A stretch of DNA of 64,000 nt. Origin: Candidatus Cloacimonadota bacterium (lineage in GTDB: Bacteria; Cloacimonadota; Cloacimonadia; G963667145). The DNA lies in contig OY762940.1 of the NCBI GenBank assembly GCA_963667255.1, forward strand, positions 448,001 to 512,000, given 5' to 3'. Under the pieces are notes generated by a model. The model did not search any database. It was given only the letters and a program-made list of their open reading frames with translations, and was not told the DNA's origin. Below, piece after piece: positions 1 through 9,993 of the stretch. Position 1 is the stretch's first letter, and every line of letters begins with the position of its first letter. The position numbers and the translations under genes were made by a program.

Positions 1-185
1 ACCTTAGATTTGGAATTGTAAAAATTCTCCAAAAATTCCAATCTCTCGTCAGGAACAGACACCACTCCGACATTCGGCTCTATTGTGCAAAACGGGTAAT
101 TAGCTGACTCTGCTCCCGCACAAGTTATAGCATTAAATAGGGTGCTTTTCCCAACATTCGGCAATCCGACAATTCCTAATTTCAT
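1..185 (-). CDS. ychF: Redox-regulated ATPase YchF (Obg family), 5' part; runs off the window
   Basis: Manual minus-strand translation from ATG 185 gives [40 protein letters not shown], the YchF N-terminus. Not in the ORF track because there is no stop in the window. Confidence 0.95.
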   Translation of the reverse strand, partial: MKLGIVGLPNVGKSTLFNAITCAGAESANYPFCTIEPNVGVVSVPDERLEFLENFYNSKSK

Positions 186-337
186 GATCTATCTTAATCC
201 TAATTCTCAATATTTGATACAGGCAATCAAAAAATAAAACAAGCAATGTCAACCAAATTTACTGAAAATCAAAATTTCCTTGACATAAGAACAAAATTCT
301 ATCCCTAATACTGAAAAACCTTTCTTTAGGAGATATT

Positions 338-880
338 ATGCAAATAAGTATGACAGCCAGACACTTCGAGTTAACAGATTCAGTTAAGGACTTTATCAAC
401 ACAACCTGCGAACACTTTTCGCTCTATTTCGAAAACATCATTGATGTGAAAGTAATCTTGGATTACAATAGCTCCAAAACAAACAATTTGTCTGTTTCCA
501 TCAGTGTTCACTCTTCTGGAAACGATTTCAGAGCGGAAACCGAGGATGACGATTTGTTTAAAGCCGTAGACCTCTGTGCTCAAAAGATAGAAAGCCAACT
601 TAAAAAAGAAAGAAAAAAAGAGATTAGCAATCATAAAAACAAAAGTAAAAACTATTCCAAAAGGTCAAAAAGTTTACTATTCAAAAAAGGTCGTGGCGAC
701 GAAAACAAAATTGAATTGGAAGAAAATATCTTCTTCAGCACTCCTATGGAAACCGACGATGCCATAAAACACATGGAAGAGAACGATTTGAACTACTTCG
801 TTTATAGAAATACAAAATCCGAAAAAGTTGATACTATCATCAAAATTGATGATGAACATTACAAAATAATCGAAGCTTAA
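338..880 (+). CDS. hpf: Ribosome hibernation promoting factor, long form (RaiA/HPF with C-terminal S30AE-like domain)
   Basis: MQISMTARHFELTDS start, DDLFKAVDLCAQKIESQL, and C-terminal PMETDDAIKHME..YFVYRN. Confidence 0.9.
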   Translation: MQISMTARHFELTDSVKDFINTTCEHFSLYFENIIDVKVILDYNSSKTNNLSVSISVHSSGNDFRAETEDDDLFKAVDLCAQKIESQLKKERKKEISNHKNKSKNYSKRSKSLLFKKGRGDENKIELEENIFFSTPMETDDAIKHMEENDLNYFVYRNTKSEKVDTIIKIDDEHYKIIEA

Positions 881-900
881 ATTTTTCTCTATCTAATTTA

Positions 901-1839
901 ATGAAAAAACTTACCTCTCAAGAACTTTTTGATTTACTGGGAAAAGACCAAATCCTCAGCAAGATAACTGACGAAAAGACTTTTTCCACTGTAATCACTA
1001 ACCCGTATATCAACCGACCGGGGCTCGCTCTTGCCGGATATTTTGAAAGGTTTTCGTATGATCGTGTGCAGATTTTGGGCGACCCCGAAGTTGGCTATAT
1101 CCAAAGTTGTGCCAAAGACAAAATGTATGACATCCTTAAAAAAATGTTCACTTACAACATTCCTTGTCTGTTTTTTTGCAAAGGCAACACCGTCCCGAGT
1201 TACATTACCATTTTGGCAAACGAATCCAATATCCCTATTATCCAAACTCCCACTTCTACGGACAACCTGCTAAGTTTGCTCTCGCAACAGCTGGGAATAT
1301 TCTTCAGCCCTCGCACTATCGAACATTCCACTTTCCTTGATATCTATGGTGCCGGAGTGCTTATTACTGGTAAAAGCGGAGTGGGGAAAAGCGAGAGTGC
1401 TTTGGACTTGATAGAGAGAGGTCATCGACTCATCTGCGACGACTCCACCAGTATCTCCAAAATGCCCAACGGTTCACTGCTTGGCACATCTACGAGGGAA
1501 GACAGCTCTTTCATGGAGATAAGAGGTATCGGGATAGTCGATATTCAAAAAATGTTCGGGATACAAGCCATCAAGAAAAAGAAAAGCTTGGATATGATTA
1601 TCGAGCTTGTCCCGTATAATGTAAACAAAAATTACGATTCGATAAACACTGAGAGGCTGGATAATAAAAAATTTAGAAGTATTTTGCAAACGCCCGTTCC
1701 GCTTTTTCAACTTCCAGTTTCTCCTGGTAAAAATATGTCAATCCTCATAGAGACAGCTGTGCTCAACTTCCTCTCGATTTCTATGGGCTACGATGCGGCT
1801 AAGACCTATATAGAAAAACAAAAGAAATTTTTTAAATAA
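901..1839 (+). CDS. hprK: HPr(Ser) kinase/phosphorylase
   Basis: INRPGLALAGYF, Walker A GKSGVGKSE, LIERGHRLICDD, MEIRGIGI. Confidence 0.95.
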   Translation: MKKLTSQELFDLLGKDQILSKITDEKTFSTVITNPYINRPGLALAGYFERFSYDRVQILGDPEVGYIQSCAKDKMYDILKKMFTYNIPCLFFCKGNTVPSYITILANESNIPIIQTPTSTDNLLSLLSQQLGIFFSPRTIEHSTFLDIYGAGVLITGKSGVGKSESALDLIERGHRLICDDSTSISKMPNGSLLGTSTREDSSFMEIRGIGIVDIQKMFGIQAIKKKKSLDMIIELVPYNVNKNYDSINTERLDNKKFRSILQTPVPLFQLPVSPGKNMSILIETAVLNFLSISMGYDAAKTYIEKQKKFFK

Positions 1840-1841
1840 TT

Positions 1842-2114
1842 ATGATTTCCAAAACAGTAACTATAAGCAACAAATCTGGCATTCATGCCAGACCGGCACA
1901 GCTGATTGTCCAAACAGCAGAGGAGTTCTCTTCTGAAATTTTTTTGGAGAAAATCGACGAGGGATTTAAGGCAAACGCCAAAAGTATCTTCAATGTGATG
2001 GCAATGGCAGGAGAATGTGGCGACAATATTCAGATTACCACCAACGGTGATGACGAAGACGAGGCTCTGGAAGCGATGTTAGATTTATTCGACAGAAATT
2101 TTACCAATGAGTAA
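1842..2114 (+). CDS. ptsH: Phosphocarrier protein HPr
   Basis: GIHARPA (His15) and NAKSIF (Ser46 site); 90 aa. Confidence 0.95.
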   Translation: MISKTVTISNKSGIHARPAQLIVQTAEEFSSEIFLEKIDEGFKANAKSIFNVMAMAGECGDNIQITTNGDDEDEALEAMLDLFDRNFTNE

Positions 2115-3735
2115 GACAATAGAAAATGCCGGCTTTCCCCTTTGCGAAGGATGTGTGATAGGCAAAACGCTTAAAATAAGCGATGCCAAAAATCCCTATG
2201 AAAATAAATCCATCAAAAAAGAGGAAATCGAACAAGAGTTGCAACGACTGGAAAATTCGCTCGTTAAAGCCAATGAGGATATAGACAATACTCTGGAAAA
2301 TATCTCCTCGGAGAATAACAATCTCAACGAAATTATAAAAATTCACAAATCTATTTTGAACGACCCGGAGATTAAAAAAGGAATTATTGACCTCATAAAA
2401 AACAAATTGCACTCTATGGAACACGCTATCAATCAAAAATTTATGGAAATTGAAAACAGTTTTGCTACCATAAAAAACCCATATTTAAAAGAAAGAGTCA
2501 ACGATTATGTTTTTGTTAAAAACACACTTATCAATAAACCTGCGAAAAAAGAAGAGGGAGAAATAAACGAGCCGACCATTTTACTGATGAAAGATATCTC
2601 GCCAGAGCAAGTTATAAGATATCATAACAACAAAAACATTTTGGGAATTTGCCTCAAACACGGAAGCAGAACTTCCCACGCATCAATCATCATAAAATCA
2701 CTCAATCTGCCTGCCATTATAGAAACTTCTACAAACTACAAAAGCATCCCAAACAATAAATTGGTGGTTTTCAATTCGTATGAGAACAAACTGGTAATAA
2801 ATCCAGAAAAATCTGACATAATTGAATGCGACAGAATAATAGAAAAAGAACAAGAAAATTTGAATAAATTGCAAGAATTGGTAAAAAAACCGGCGATTAC
2901 CAAAAGTGGAAAACGCATAAAATTGAGAGCCAATCTGGAGTTTGAAGAAGAAATCCCTTTGGCAATAAAAAACGGTGCTGAAGGCGTTGGACTGTTAAGA
3001 ACAGAGATGTTTTATCTCAACCGTAAAATGTTACCGAGCAAAGAGGAACAATTTACCTATTACAAAAAAATCGTCTCCTCTTTTGAAAACAGCGTTACCA
3101 TCAGAACTTTGGATTTAGGTGGAGACAAAAACACTCTTCTGCTTAAAACAAAAAAAGAGGAAAACCCAAATCTTGGACTTAGAGGAATAAGGTTTTCGCT
3201 ATCAAAGCCGGAAATCTTCGTAGAGCAGTTGGAAGCTATTTTAATGGCATCAACTTATGGGAAAATAAAAATTTTACTCCCGATGGTTTCAAAAATAGAA
3301 GAGGTCCGCGAAACCAAAAAAATCTTAGATAATTGCAAAAAAAAACTAAGAGAAAAGAATATTCCTTTTGATAATAATATTCAATTAGGAGTTATGATAG
3401 AAGTGCCTTCGGCGGTCTTTGAAGTAGAATCTTTTGCTAAGGAATGCGATTTTTTTAGTATAGGAACAAACGATTTGACACAATATATTATGGCTATAGA
3501 TAGAAACAACGACCATGTGAAAGATTACTATGATGAAACAAATCCTGCAGTTTTAACCGCACTAAAAATAGTGGTAGATGGAGCCAAAAAACACAATAAA
3601 ACCGTTTCTCTCTGCGGAGAAATAGCATCAAATCCAGAGAAATTGAAAACTTTTATTGAATTAGATGTTGACGAAGTTAGCGTAAGCACAAGTTCATTAT
3701 TAAAAATAAAAGAAAAGATAATAAACTACAGATGA
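2107..3735 (+). CDS. ptsI: PTS enzyme I (PEP-protein phosphotransferase)
   Basis: GSRTSHASI phospho-His motif, GVGLLRTE, IRTLDLGGDK, ENPNLGLRGIR, SIGTNDLTQY. Confidence 0.95.
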   Translation: MSKTIENAGFPLCEGCVIGKTLKISDAKNPYENKSIKKEEIEQELQRLENSLVKANEDIDNTLENISSENNNLNEIIKIHKSILNDPEIKKGIIDLIKNKLHSMEHAINQKFMEIENSFATIKNPYLKERVNDYVFVKNTLINKPAKKEEGEINEPTILLMKDISPEQVIRYHNNKNILGICLKHGSRTSHASIIIKSLNLPAIIETSTNYKSIPNNKLVVFNSYENKLVINPEKSDIIECDRIIEKEQENLNKLQELVKKPAITKSGKRIKLRANLEFEEEIPLAIKNGAEGVGLLRTEMFYLNRKMLPSKEEQFTYYKKIVSSFENSVTIRTLDLGGDKNTLLLKTKKEENPNLGLRGIRFSLSKPEIFVEQLEAILMASTYGKIKILLPMVSKIEEVRETKKILDNCKKKLREKNIPFDNNIQLGVMIEVPSAVFEVESFAKECDFFSIGTNDLTQYIMAIDRNNDHVKDYYDETNPAVLTALKIVVDGAKKHNKTVSLCGEIASNPEKLKTFIELDVDEVSVSTSSLLKIKEKIINYR

Positions 3736-3977
3736 TAATTTTAATAAAACTAATAGATTTATACTCTTTGCTCATAGTCGTCAGAGCTGTTATTTCTTGG
3801 ATTAGCACTCCTACAAATAGCACTATTTATTACTATATCTATAAACTAACCGAACCTATGCTGGCCAAATTAAGATTTATCTCTTTGCGACTCAATTTAC
3901 CTTTCGATATCTCTCCAATAATTGTTCTTCTTGCCCTTAATTATATTAAAAAATTTTTGATTACCTATCATGTCTAA
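3732..3977 (+). CDS. yggT: YggT family membrane protein
   Basis: RAVISWI...LTEPML...FDISPIIV. Confidence 0.85.
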   Translation: MIILIKLIDLYSLLIVVRAVISWISTPTNSTIYYYIYKLTEPMLAKLRFISLRLNLPFDISPIIVLLALNYIKKFLITYHV

Positions 3978-4458
3978 AATAAAAAAGAGTTTTGCATTCA
4001 TTGTTCTATTACTAATTATTGCTGACCAGATTACCAAATATTTGGCATTGACTTTTTATAAAGAAATAGGTTTTTACTCATACTCTATCGTGGATGACTT
4101 TTTAAAGTTCACTTTTGCTAAAAATTTTGGTGCGGCTTTTTCTCTCGCTTTTTTTAAAAATAGCACCGCTAATAACTACTTTTTTATTTTTATAACAACC
4201 ATTGCAATTTTAATAATAGTTAAAATTTTAATAAAAACAGAAAAAAAACTGGAAATAGTAAGTTATTTTTTAATAATAGGCGGAGCTGTAGGAAATTTGA
4301 TAGATAGGGTAATCCACGGGTTTGTTATAGATTTTATTGATTGCGATTTTCCCGATATTATTATAGAAAGATGGCCGGTATTTAACTTAGCTGATTCCTA
4401 TATCTGCATTGCCATTTGCATTCTTATTATCCAATCCGTAAAGGTAGTAAAAAAATGA
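3970..4458 (+). CDS. lspA: Lipoprotein signal peptidase II
   Basis: DQITK, NFGAAFS, GGAVGNLIDR, VIDFI, FNLAD. Confidence 0.95.
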   Translation: MSKIKKSFAFIVLLLIIADQITKYLALTFYKEIGFYSYSIVDDFLKFTFAKNFGAAFSLAFFKNSTANNYFFIFITTIAILIIVKILIKTEKKLEIVSYFLIIGGAVGNLIDRVIHGFVIDFIDCDFPDIIIERWPVFNLADSYICIAICILIIQSVKVVKK

Positions 4459-4724
4459 AAAAAAACATAATTCCTAATAGTAAGACAGATTTTGCAAAAT
4501 TTGTCGCAAAAAGTGCCATAAATCTAATCTTAAGCGATAAGAATAATAAACAAGCTATGGAAAATTACCAATTAAAATTAAACTACGAAAAAAAACTCTT
4601 AAAAATAGATAAAAAAATAAACGAATTAAATTATAAAATAAAATCACTAAAAAATAAACTTTTTCTTATATTTATTGTTATGATAGTTGCTATTTTATAT
4701 TTTTCCGGAATAATTATTAAGTGA
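4455..4724 (+). CDS. Hypothetical protein, coiled coil with C-terminal TM helix
   Basis: ATG 4455 overlaps the lspA stop; the ORF fills the lspA-dnaA gap and has a hydrophobic C-terminus. Confidence 0.6.
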   Translation: MKKNIIPNSKTDFAKFVAKSAINLILSDKNNKQAMENYQLKLNYEKKLLKIDKKINELNYKIKSLKNKLFLIFIVMIVAILYFSGIIIK

Positions 4725-4732
4725 GGTAAAAA

Positions 4733-6064
4733 ATGAATTCTTTAGACCAAGATATATGGGACAATATTCTAAATAAATTAGAAGAATCCATTAATGAACA
4801 GAGTTTCAACACTTTTTTCAAATATACTAACTTAATAGAGTTAAAAGAGAATGAGTTATCCATAGAGGTTGAAACAGACTTTGCTGCAGGATTTTTAAAC
4901 CAAAATTATGCAAAAACAGCAGAAGAGATAGCGTGGCAACTCTATGAAAAAAAATATAAAATAAGATTTTATGGAAAAAACAGACAAATATCTGTCGAAA
5001 AGAAAGAAGAAGAAAAAAACCAAATGACCACTAAAATAAAATTGAATGATAGGTTCACTTTTGACCAATTTGTTGTGGGTAAAAATAATAATTTTGCGTA
5101 TTCCGCTGCCTACGGCGTTTCAGAAAACCCGGGAACAAAATATAATCCACTATTTATTTATGGAAACTCTGGTATGGGAAAAACACACCTTATGCAAGCT
5201 ATTGGACACTATATACAAAATTGTTCCATAAAAAAGAAGGTTATTTACACAACATCCGAAAATTTTACAAACGAGTTAATACAATCTATTCAAACAAAAA
5301 CCACAGAAAGCTTTAGAAATAGTTATAGAAATGTTGATGTTCTCTTGATAGACGACATCCAATTTTTTAAACGGAAAGAATCATCTCAAGAAGAATTTTT
5401 TAGCACTTTTAATATTTTATATAATAACCAGAAACAAATAGTTATTACCAGTGATAAACCTCCAAAAGATTTGGATGGAATAGAAAAAAGATTGGTTAGT
5501 AGATTTGAGGGTGGTTTGACTGTGGATATATCTATCCCCGACTACGAAACTAGAGTAGCTATTGTAGAAAATAAAATAAAGAGAGATGGCACAAAATTAT
5601 CAAAAGAAGTAGTAAATTTTATTTGTGAAAACATCGTCGATAATATTAGATCACTCGAAGGAGCTATAACAAAATTATTAGCCTATTCATCTTTCCATAA
5701 TATCCAAACCGAAGAAATAGAAATAAACCTTGCAAAAGATATATTATCTTCGCTCATATCCAAAAAAATAGAAGCTTTAACTTTAGATAATATAAAAGAT
5801 AAAATATGTGAAAAATATAAAATAAGCAGTAAGGATATCTTTTCAAAAACAAAGAGAAAAGACATAGTATTCCCAAGACAAATCGGAATGTATTTATCAA
5901 ATTTCTTAATCCCACAATTAGCGTTAATTAACATAGCACAATATTATAAAAGAAAAGACCACTCAACCGTAATAAATGCACGAAGATTAATACAAAATAA
6001 AATGAAAGAAGATAAATCATTTTACTTAGAAATACAAAAACTTATAGAAAATATAAAATACTAA
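4733..6064 (+). CDS. dnaA: Chromosomal replication initiator DnaA
   Basis: FTFDQFVVG, YNPLFIYGNSGMGKTHL, LLIDDIQF, PRQIGMYL, KDHSTVI. Confidence 0.98.
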   Translation: MNSLDQDIWDNILNKLEESINEQSFNTFFKYTNLIELKENELSIEVETDFAAGFLNQNYAKTAEEIAWQLYEKKYKIRFYGKNRQISVEKKEEEKNQMTTKIKLNDRFTFDQFVVGKNNNFAYSAAYGVSENPGTKYNPLFIYGNSGMGKTHLMQAIGHYIQNCSIKKKVIYTTSENFTNELIQSIQTKTTESFRNSYRNVDVLLIDDIQFFKRKESSQEEFFSTFNILYNNQKQIVITSDKPPKDLDGIEKRLVSRFEGGLTVDISIPDYETRVAIVENKIKRDGTKLSKEVVNFICENIVDNIRSLEGAITKLLAYSSFHNIQTEEIEINLAKDILSSLISKKIEALTLDNIKDKICEKYKISSKDIFSKTKRKDIVFPRQIGMYLSNFLIPQLALINIAQYYKRKDHSTVINARRLIQNKMKEDKSFYLEIQKLIENIKY

Positions 6065-6268
6065 TAAACAATCAGTGCATAATAAAAAGGAAACATAAAG
6101 TAATACACAAAAACTAAATAAAAAAGAAAAAAATAAAACTAAAACCAAACAATTAATAAACAAAATATAATAAACCTAACTATCTTTTAAAAAAGAAAAT
6201 ATATATAATAAACACAAAAAAACAAAATCTACTACAACGATAAATTTAAATAATAAGGTAAATAATAA
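6062..6268. other. Candidate oriC (very AT-rich intergenic region downstream of dnaA)
   Basis: About 200 bp almost devoid of G. Repeated 9-mers TAATA(A/C)AC(A/C) at 6062, 6101, 6154, 6168 and 6206; CTACTAC trio-like run at 6229. By eye, plus-strand genes look more C-rich before this region and G/T-rich after it. Confidence 0.55.
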
Positions 6269-7036
6269 ATGAAGAAACTCTGCATATTAATTTTAATAAT
6301 CTGTATAATAGGATGTAAAAAAAAAAAAGACATCGTGGCAAAAGTTAATAACTATATTCTAACACAAGAAAATCTAAAAACCTTAAATGTAACACAAAAA
6401 AACAAGAAAGAGTTTGTAACAGAATGGATTAACTTAAAACTATTAGCTTGCTCTATAGAAAACAATGAGCTTATTAATCTTAAAAAAGAAAACTATGAAA
6501 CTAAATTAAAAGCAAACATTTATATATCTAAATTATTAGAAAGTGAAAATATAGATAAAGATGAGCTATTAGAATATTATAATGCGAATTACCAAAATTT
6601 TTATAAAGAGATAACCAAATATAAATTTCAAAAAATATATTTATCAAATAAAAAAAACAAAGATAATTTAGTTAAAGAATTAAGTAAAATAAGCGGAATA
6701 ACATTCAGTGAATTAGCTAAAAAATATTCAGAAGAATTGTATGGAAAAAATGGAGGATATACCGGCTTTGTGGATAAAGAAAGTATAAGACCTCTTGTTT
6801 GGGATAAATTAACTAACTCTGAAATAGGAAAGTATTATTGGATTGATGTTCCCGAAGGCTATGTAATAGGAAGATGGTATGAAAAGAAAGATTTTAAAAT
6901 ACAATTAGGTTTCGAACAAGTAAAAAACGATATAATAAAAATTTTAAAAAAAGAGGATAGAAAAAAAATAATAGAAAAAGAGCTACAAAGATTAAGAAAA
7001 ATAAATAAAGTAGAAATTAATTTAGATTATAATTAA
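6269..7036 (+). CDS. Lipoprotein with parvulin (PpiC-type) PPIase domain, PrsA/SurA-like
   Basis: Lipobox IIG-C, IVAKVN, FSELAKKYSE...NGGYTGF. Confidence 0.8.
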   Translation: MKKLCILILIICIIGCKKKKDIVAKVNNYILTQENLKTLNVTQKNKKEFVTEWINLKLLACSIENNELINLKKENYETKLKANIYISKLLESENIDKDELLEYYNANYQNFYKEITKYKFQKIYLSNKKNKDNLVKELSKISGITFSELAKKYSEELYGKNGGYTGFVDKESIRPLVWDKLTNSEIGKYYWIDVPEGYVIGRWYEKKDFKIQLGFEQVKNDIIKILKKEDRKKIIEKELQRLRKINKVEINLDYN

Positions 7037-7046
7037 GGGAGAAAAA

Positions 7047-7370
7047 ATGAATAATATTTTTTTAGCACAAGAGAATCTTTTAGGTTCACTATTACCATTT
7101 ATTTTAATGATAGTGATAATTTGGTTTTTAATAATAAGACCACAAAAAAAGAGACAAAAAGAACATAAAAATATGTTGGAAAATCTCAAAACAGGAGATA
7201 AAGTAATAACAAATGGTGGAATGCAAGGAATAATATCTAAAATAAATGTAGAGAAAAACTTAGTTTCTATAAAAGTAGCAGATAATATAAAAATAGATTT
7301 TCTTATATCTTCCATCGCAACCAAAATATTAGACAAAAAAGTAGATGATAAAGAAGAAAAAAAGTTTTAA
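7047..7370 (+). CDS. yajC: Preprotein translocase subunit YajC
   Basis: FLIIRPQKKRQKEH..L.NLKTGDKVITNGG. Confidence 0.95.
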   Translation: MNNIFLAQENLLGSLLPFILMIVIIWFLIIRPQKKRQKEHKNMLENLKTGDKVITNGGMQGIISKINVEKNLVSIKVADNIKIDFLISSIATKILDKKVDDKEEKKF

Positions 7371-7860
7371 TATTAGCTTATTAGGGAAAAAAGAACTAAA
7401 AAAAATAAGCGAAGAAATTATAGAAATAAGCGAAAATATAAAAGATTTGGCTATGGATATGGCTAATACTATGTATTCAAGTAATGGAGTTGGCTTAGCT
7501 GCTCCACAAATCGGAAAAAATTTGCGTATTTTCGTTATAGATACTTCTAAAAAGAAAAATGATTTGAAAATTTTTATAAATCCTAAAATCATAAGCATGA
7601 AAGGTATGGAAATAAACGAGGAAGGTTGCATTAGTATTCCTGGTATTTATGCCGAAGTTCCCAGAGCGACAGAAGTGGAAATTGAAGCTTTTGACGTGGA
7701 TGGCAAAAAGTTTAAATTAAAAGCAGAAGGCTTGCTCGCTATAGCTATCCAACATGAAAATGACCATCTTAATGGGAAACTCTTTATAGATTATTTAAGT
7801 AAAACGAAACTCTTAGAATTAAAAAGCGAATTAGATAAAATAAAATGCAAAGAAAATTAA
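7345..7860 (+). CDS. def: Peptide deformylase
   Basis: GVGLAAPQIG, EGCIS, QHENDHLNG; exact start uncertain. Confidence 0.95.
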   Translation: MIKKKKSFNISLLGKKELKKISEEIIEISENIKDLAMDMANTMYSSNGVGLAAPQIGKNLRIFVIDTSKKKNDLKIFINPKIISMKGMEINEEGCISIPGIYAEVPRATEVEIEAFDVDGKKFKLKAEGLLAIAIQHENDHLNGKLFIDYLSKTKLLELKSELDKIKCKEN

Positions 7861-8369
7861 AATCTATAAAATTATTGGTTTCCGATTGTGATGGAGTGTT
7901 GACAAATGGCTTATATTATTATGGATTACAAGATTTAACTGTTAAAACCTTCCATACTCAAGACGGTTTAGGAATAAATATGTTCCAAAATTTTGGCTAC
8001 AAATTTGCTGTGATAACCGGAAAAACAAGTGTGGCTTTACAACAAAGATGTGAAGATATTGGGGTTAAATATCTATATCAAAAAATAAAAAATAAGGTTG
8101 AAATATTAGATAGTCTACGGATAAAACTGAATTTAGATTGGGAAAATATAGCTTATATTGGTGATGATTTAAACGACTTAAAGTGCATAGAATTATCGGG
8201 ATTTACTGCTTGTCCGGCTGATTCAAACAAAAAAATTCTGAATACGGTTGATTTCGTTTGTTCCAAAGCCGGTGGTTATGGTTGCGTGCGAGAAGTTATT
8301 GATTTTATTCTGGAAGAAAAAAAAGAATTGGCAGATGCTCAAAATAAATTTATCGAAAGTCTGTCTTAG
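7845..8369 (+). CDS. kdsC: KDO 8-phosphate phosphatase (HAD family)
   Basis: DCDGVLTNG, YIGDDLND, GGYGCVRE; upstream of the lpt genes. Confidence 0.9.
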   Translation: MQRKLKSIKLLVSDCDGVLTNGLYYYGLQDLTVKTFHTQDGLGINMFQNFGYKFAVITGKTSVALQQRCEDIGVKYLYQKIKNKVEILDSLRIKLNLDWENIAYIGDDLNDLKCIELSGFTACPADSNKKILNTVDFVCSKAGGYGCVREVIDFILEEKKELADAQNKFIESLS

Positions 8370-8898
8370 TTTTTTTATACTATTTATGCTTGTTTCTTGT
8401 GTAAAAGGCGAAGACATCCTTGATAAAGGGAAGAAGTTTTTTGATAAAGAGGATTTGCCGGAAAAAACAAGCGATACTGTTTCACTGGTCTCTATGGAAG
8501 AGGATAAAATAAAGTGGTTTCTGAAAGCTGATCATATTAAAGAGTTTGCTAAGAAGAAAAAAATATATGCCAAAAAAATGACAATCTATGTTTTTGATGT
8601 TGATGACAATATAGTTTCCACAATGACAGCTGATAGTGCCAAAATAGACGAAGTAACTAAAATGCTTAAAGCTGAAAGTAATGTTAAAATATTGAGTTCT
8701 AATGGGGTTTTGGAAACCTCTATACTTTACTGGAATCTGGCAAATAACAGCATTTTTACCAAAGAAAAAGTGAAAATAACTCGTGGCGAAAATGTTATGT
8801 ATGGGCAAAATTTATATACAGATGTTGCTTTAAATTCGGCTAAATTAGACGATATTAAGGGAGAGGGAGAGGTTGAAGAAAATAGTATTGCTTTCTAA
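8335..8898 (+). CDS. lptC: LPS export periplasmic protein LptC
   Basis: Signal/lipobox-like N-terminus from ATG 8335; beta-jellyroll pattern (LETSILYW..IFTKEKVKI); kdsC-lptC-lptA-lptB order. Confidence 0.8.
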   Translation: MLKINLSKVCLSFFILFMLVSCVKGEDILDKGKKFFDKEDLPEKTSDTVSLVSMEEDKIKWFLKADHIKEFAKKKKIYAKKMTIYVFDVDDNIVSTMTADSAKIDEVTKMLKAESNVKILSSNGVLETSILYWNLANNSIFTKEKVKITRGENVMYGQNLYTDVALNSAKLDDIKGEGEVEENSIAF

Positions 8899-9991
8899 TT
8901 TTTTTTTGTTTGTTATTATTTCCTGCCTTTTCGGGACAAAGATAAAAAGCATTGAGGAACGAACTGTAAAAAAAAGTTCGAAAAACTATAAGATAATTAA
9001 TTCGGATGTCCTCAATTTAAAAAAAGATGGAAACGAAATTATCTCTCAAATGAGAGGTAATGTGCATTTTTTTTACGATAATATAGAGTTTTTTAGTGAT
9101 GAAGCGGAGATATATGAGAAACAGCAAAAAGTTAAACTGATAAAAAATGTGATAATTAAGCAAGATACGATTACCGTGAAAGCGGAAGATGTTACTTATT
9201 TAAAAGAGCTAAACAAAATAATTCTCACGGAAAATGTATTTATCAAAATTGATTGCAAAAGTAGTAAAACTATAAAAACCTTTTCTTGTCAAACAGCGGA
9301 AATAGACAGAAAAAGTGGCGATTTGAAAGCGGATAAGGATGTTAGGGTTTTTGACGAATCACGAAAAGTGAAGGTTTTTTGTGGTAAGATGCGTTATAAT
9401 ATGCATACGCGAAAAGGTTATTTGGTCGATAATCCCGAGATTTTTTCGGTTGATGATGATTCTACAAAGTTGATTGCTCAGAAGATAGATATATTGGATG
9501 GTCAAAATAAAATAAAAGCTATTTACGGAGTGAAGACGATTTCGGCAAATCATCAGACCGAAAGTGAGGAGTTGGTGTTTCTAAATGAGGAAAAAAAGAT
9601 AATTATGCTGGGAGAGCCAAAGTTTTATTCCAAAAAATTGTATGCGGAAGCTAAGAGGTTCTATTTTTATTCCGATATGTCTTTTAAAAATATAGAAAAA
9701 ATAGTTCTTGAGGAAGATTGTGAGGTTGATTTTCCGAGTGAAGAGGGCAAAGCTTTTGACAATCATTTGGTTTCTGGTAGAGTTAACTTGAACTTCACGG
9801 ACTCAAATCTAAAGAATGTTGTGGCTACGGAGAAAGTGGCGTTGAGCTTGATTAACGAAGATTCAACGGGGGTGTCGGTAAACAAGATTTACGGAGATAC
9901 TTTGTTTTTGCGGTTTAATGATGAAAAAAGATTGGAATATATGACTATGAAAAGTCAGAGGGTTAACGGAGTTTTTAAATTTAAGAATTAA
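8873..9991 (+). CDS. LptA/OstA-family periplasmic protein (multiple OstA repeats)
   Basis: Signal peptide; GNVHFF and NVIIKQDT OstA-like strands; lies between lptC and lptB. Confidence 0.75.
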   Translation: MKKIVLLSNFFLFVIISCLFGTKIKSIEERTVKKSSKNYKIINSDVLNLKKDGNEIISQMRGNVHFFYDNIEFFSDEAEIYEKQQKVKLIKNVIIKQDTITVKAEDVTYLKELNKIILTENVFIKIDCKSSKTIKTFSCQTAEIDRKSGDLKADKDVRVFDESRKVKVFCGKMRYNMHTRKGYLVDNPEIFSVDDDSTKLIAQKIDILDGQNKIKAIYGVKTISANHQTESEELVFLNEEKKIIMLGEPKFYSKKLYAEAKRFYFYSDMSFKNIEKIVLEEDCEVDFPSEEGKAFDNHLVSGRVNLNFTDSNLKNVVATEKVALSLINEDSTGVSVNKIYGDTLFLRFNDEKRLEYMTMKSQRVNGVFKFKN

Positions 9992-9993
9992 TA

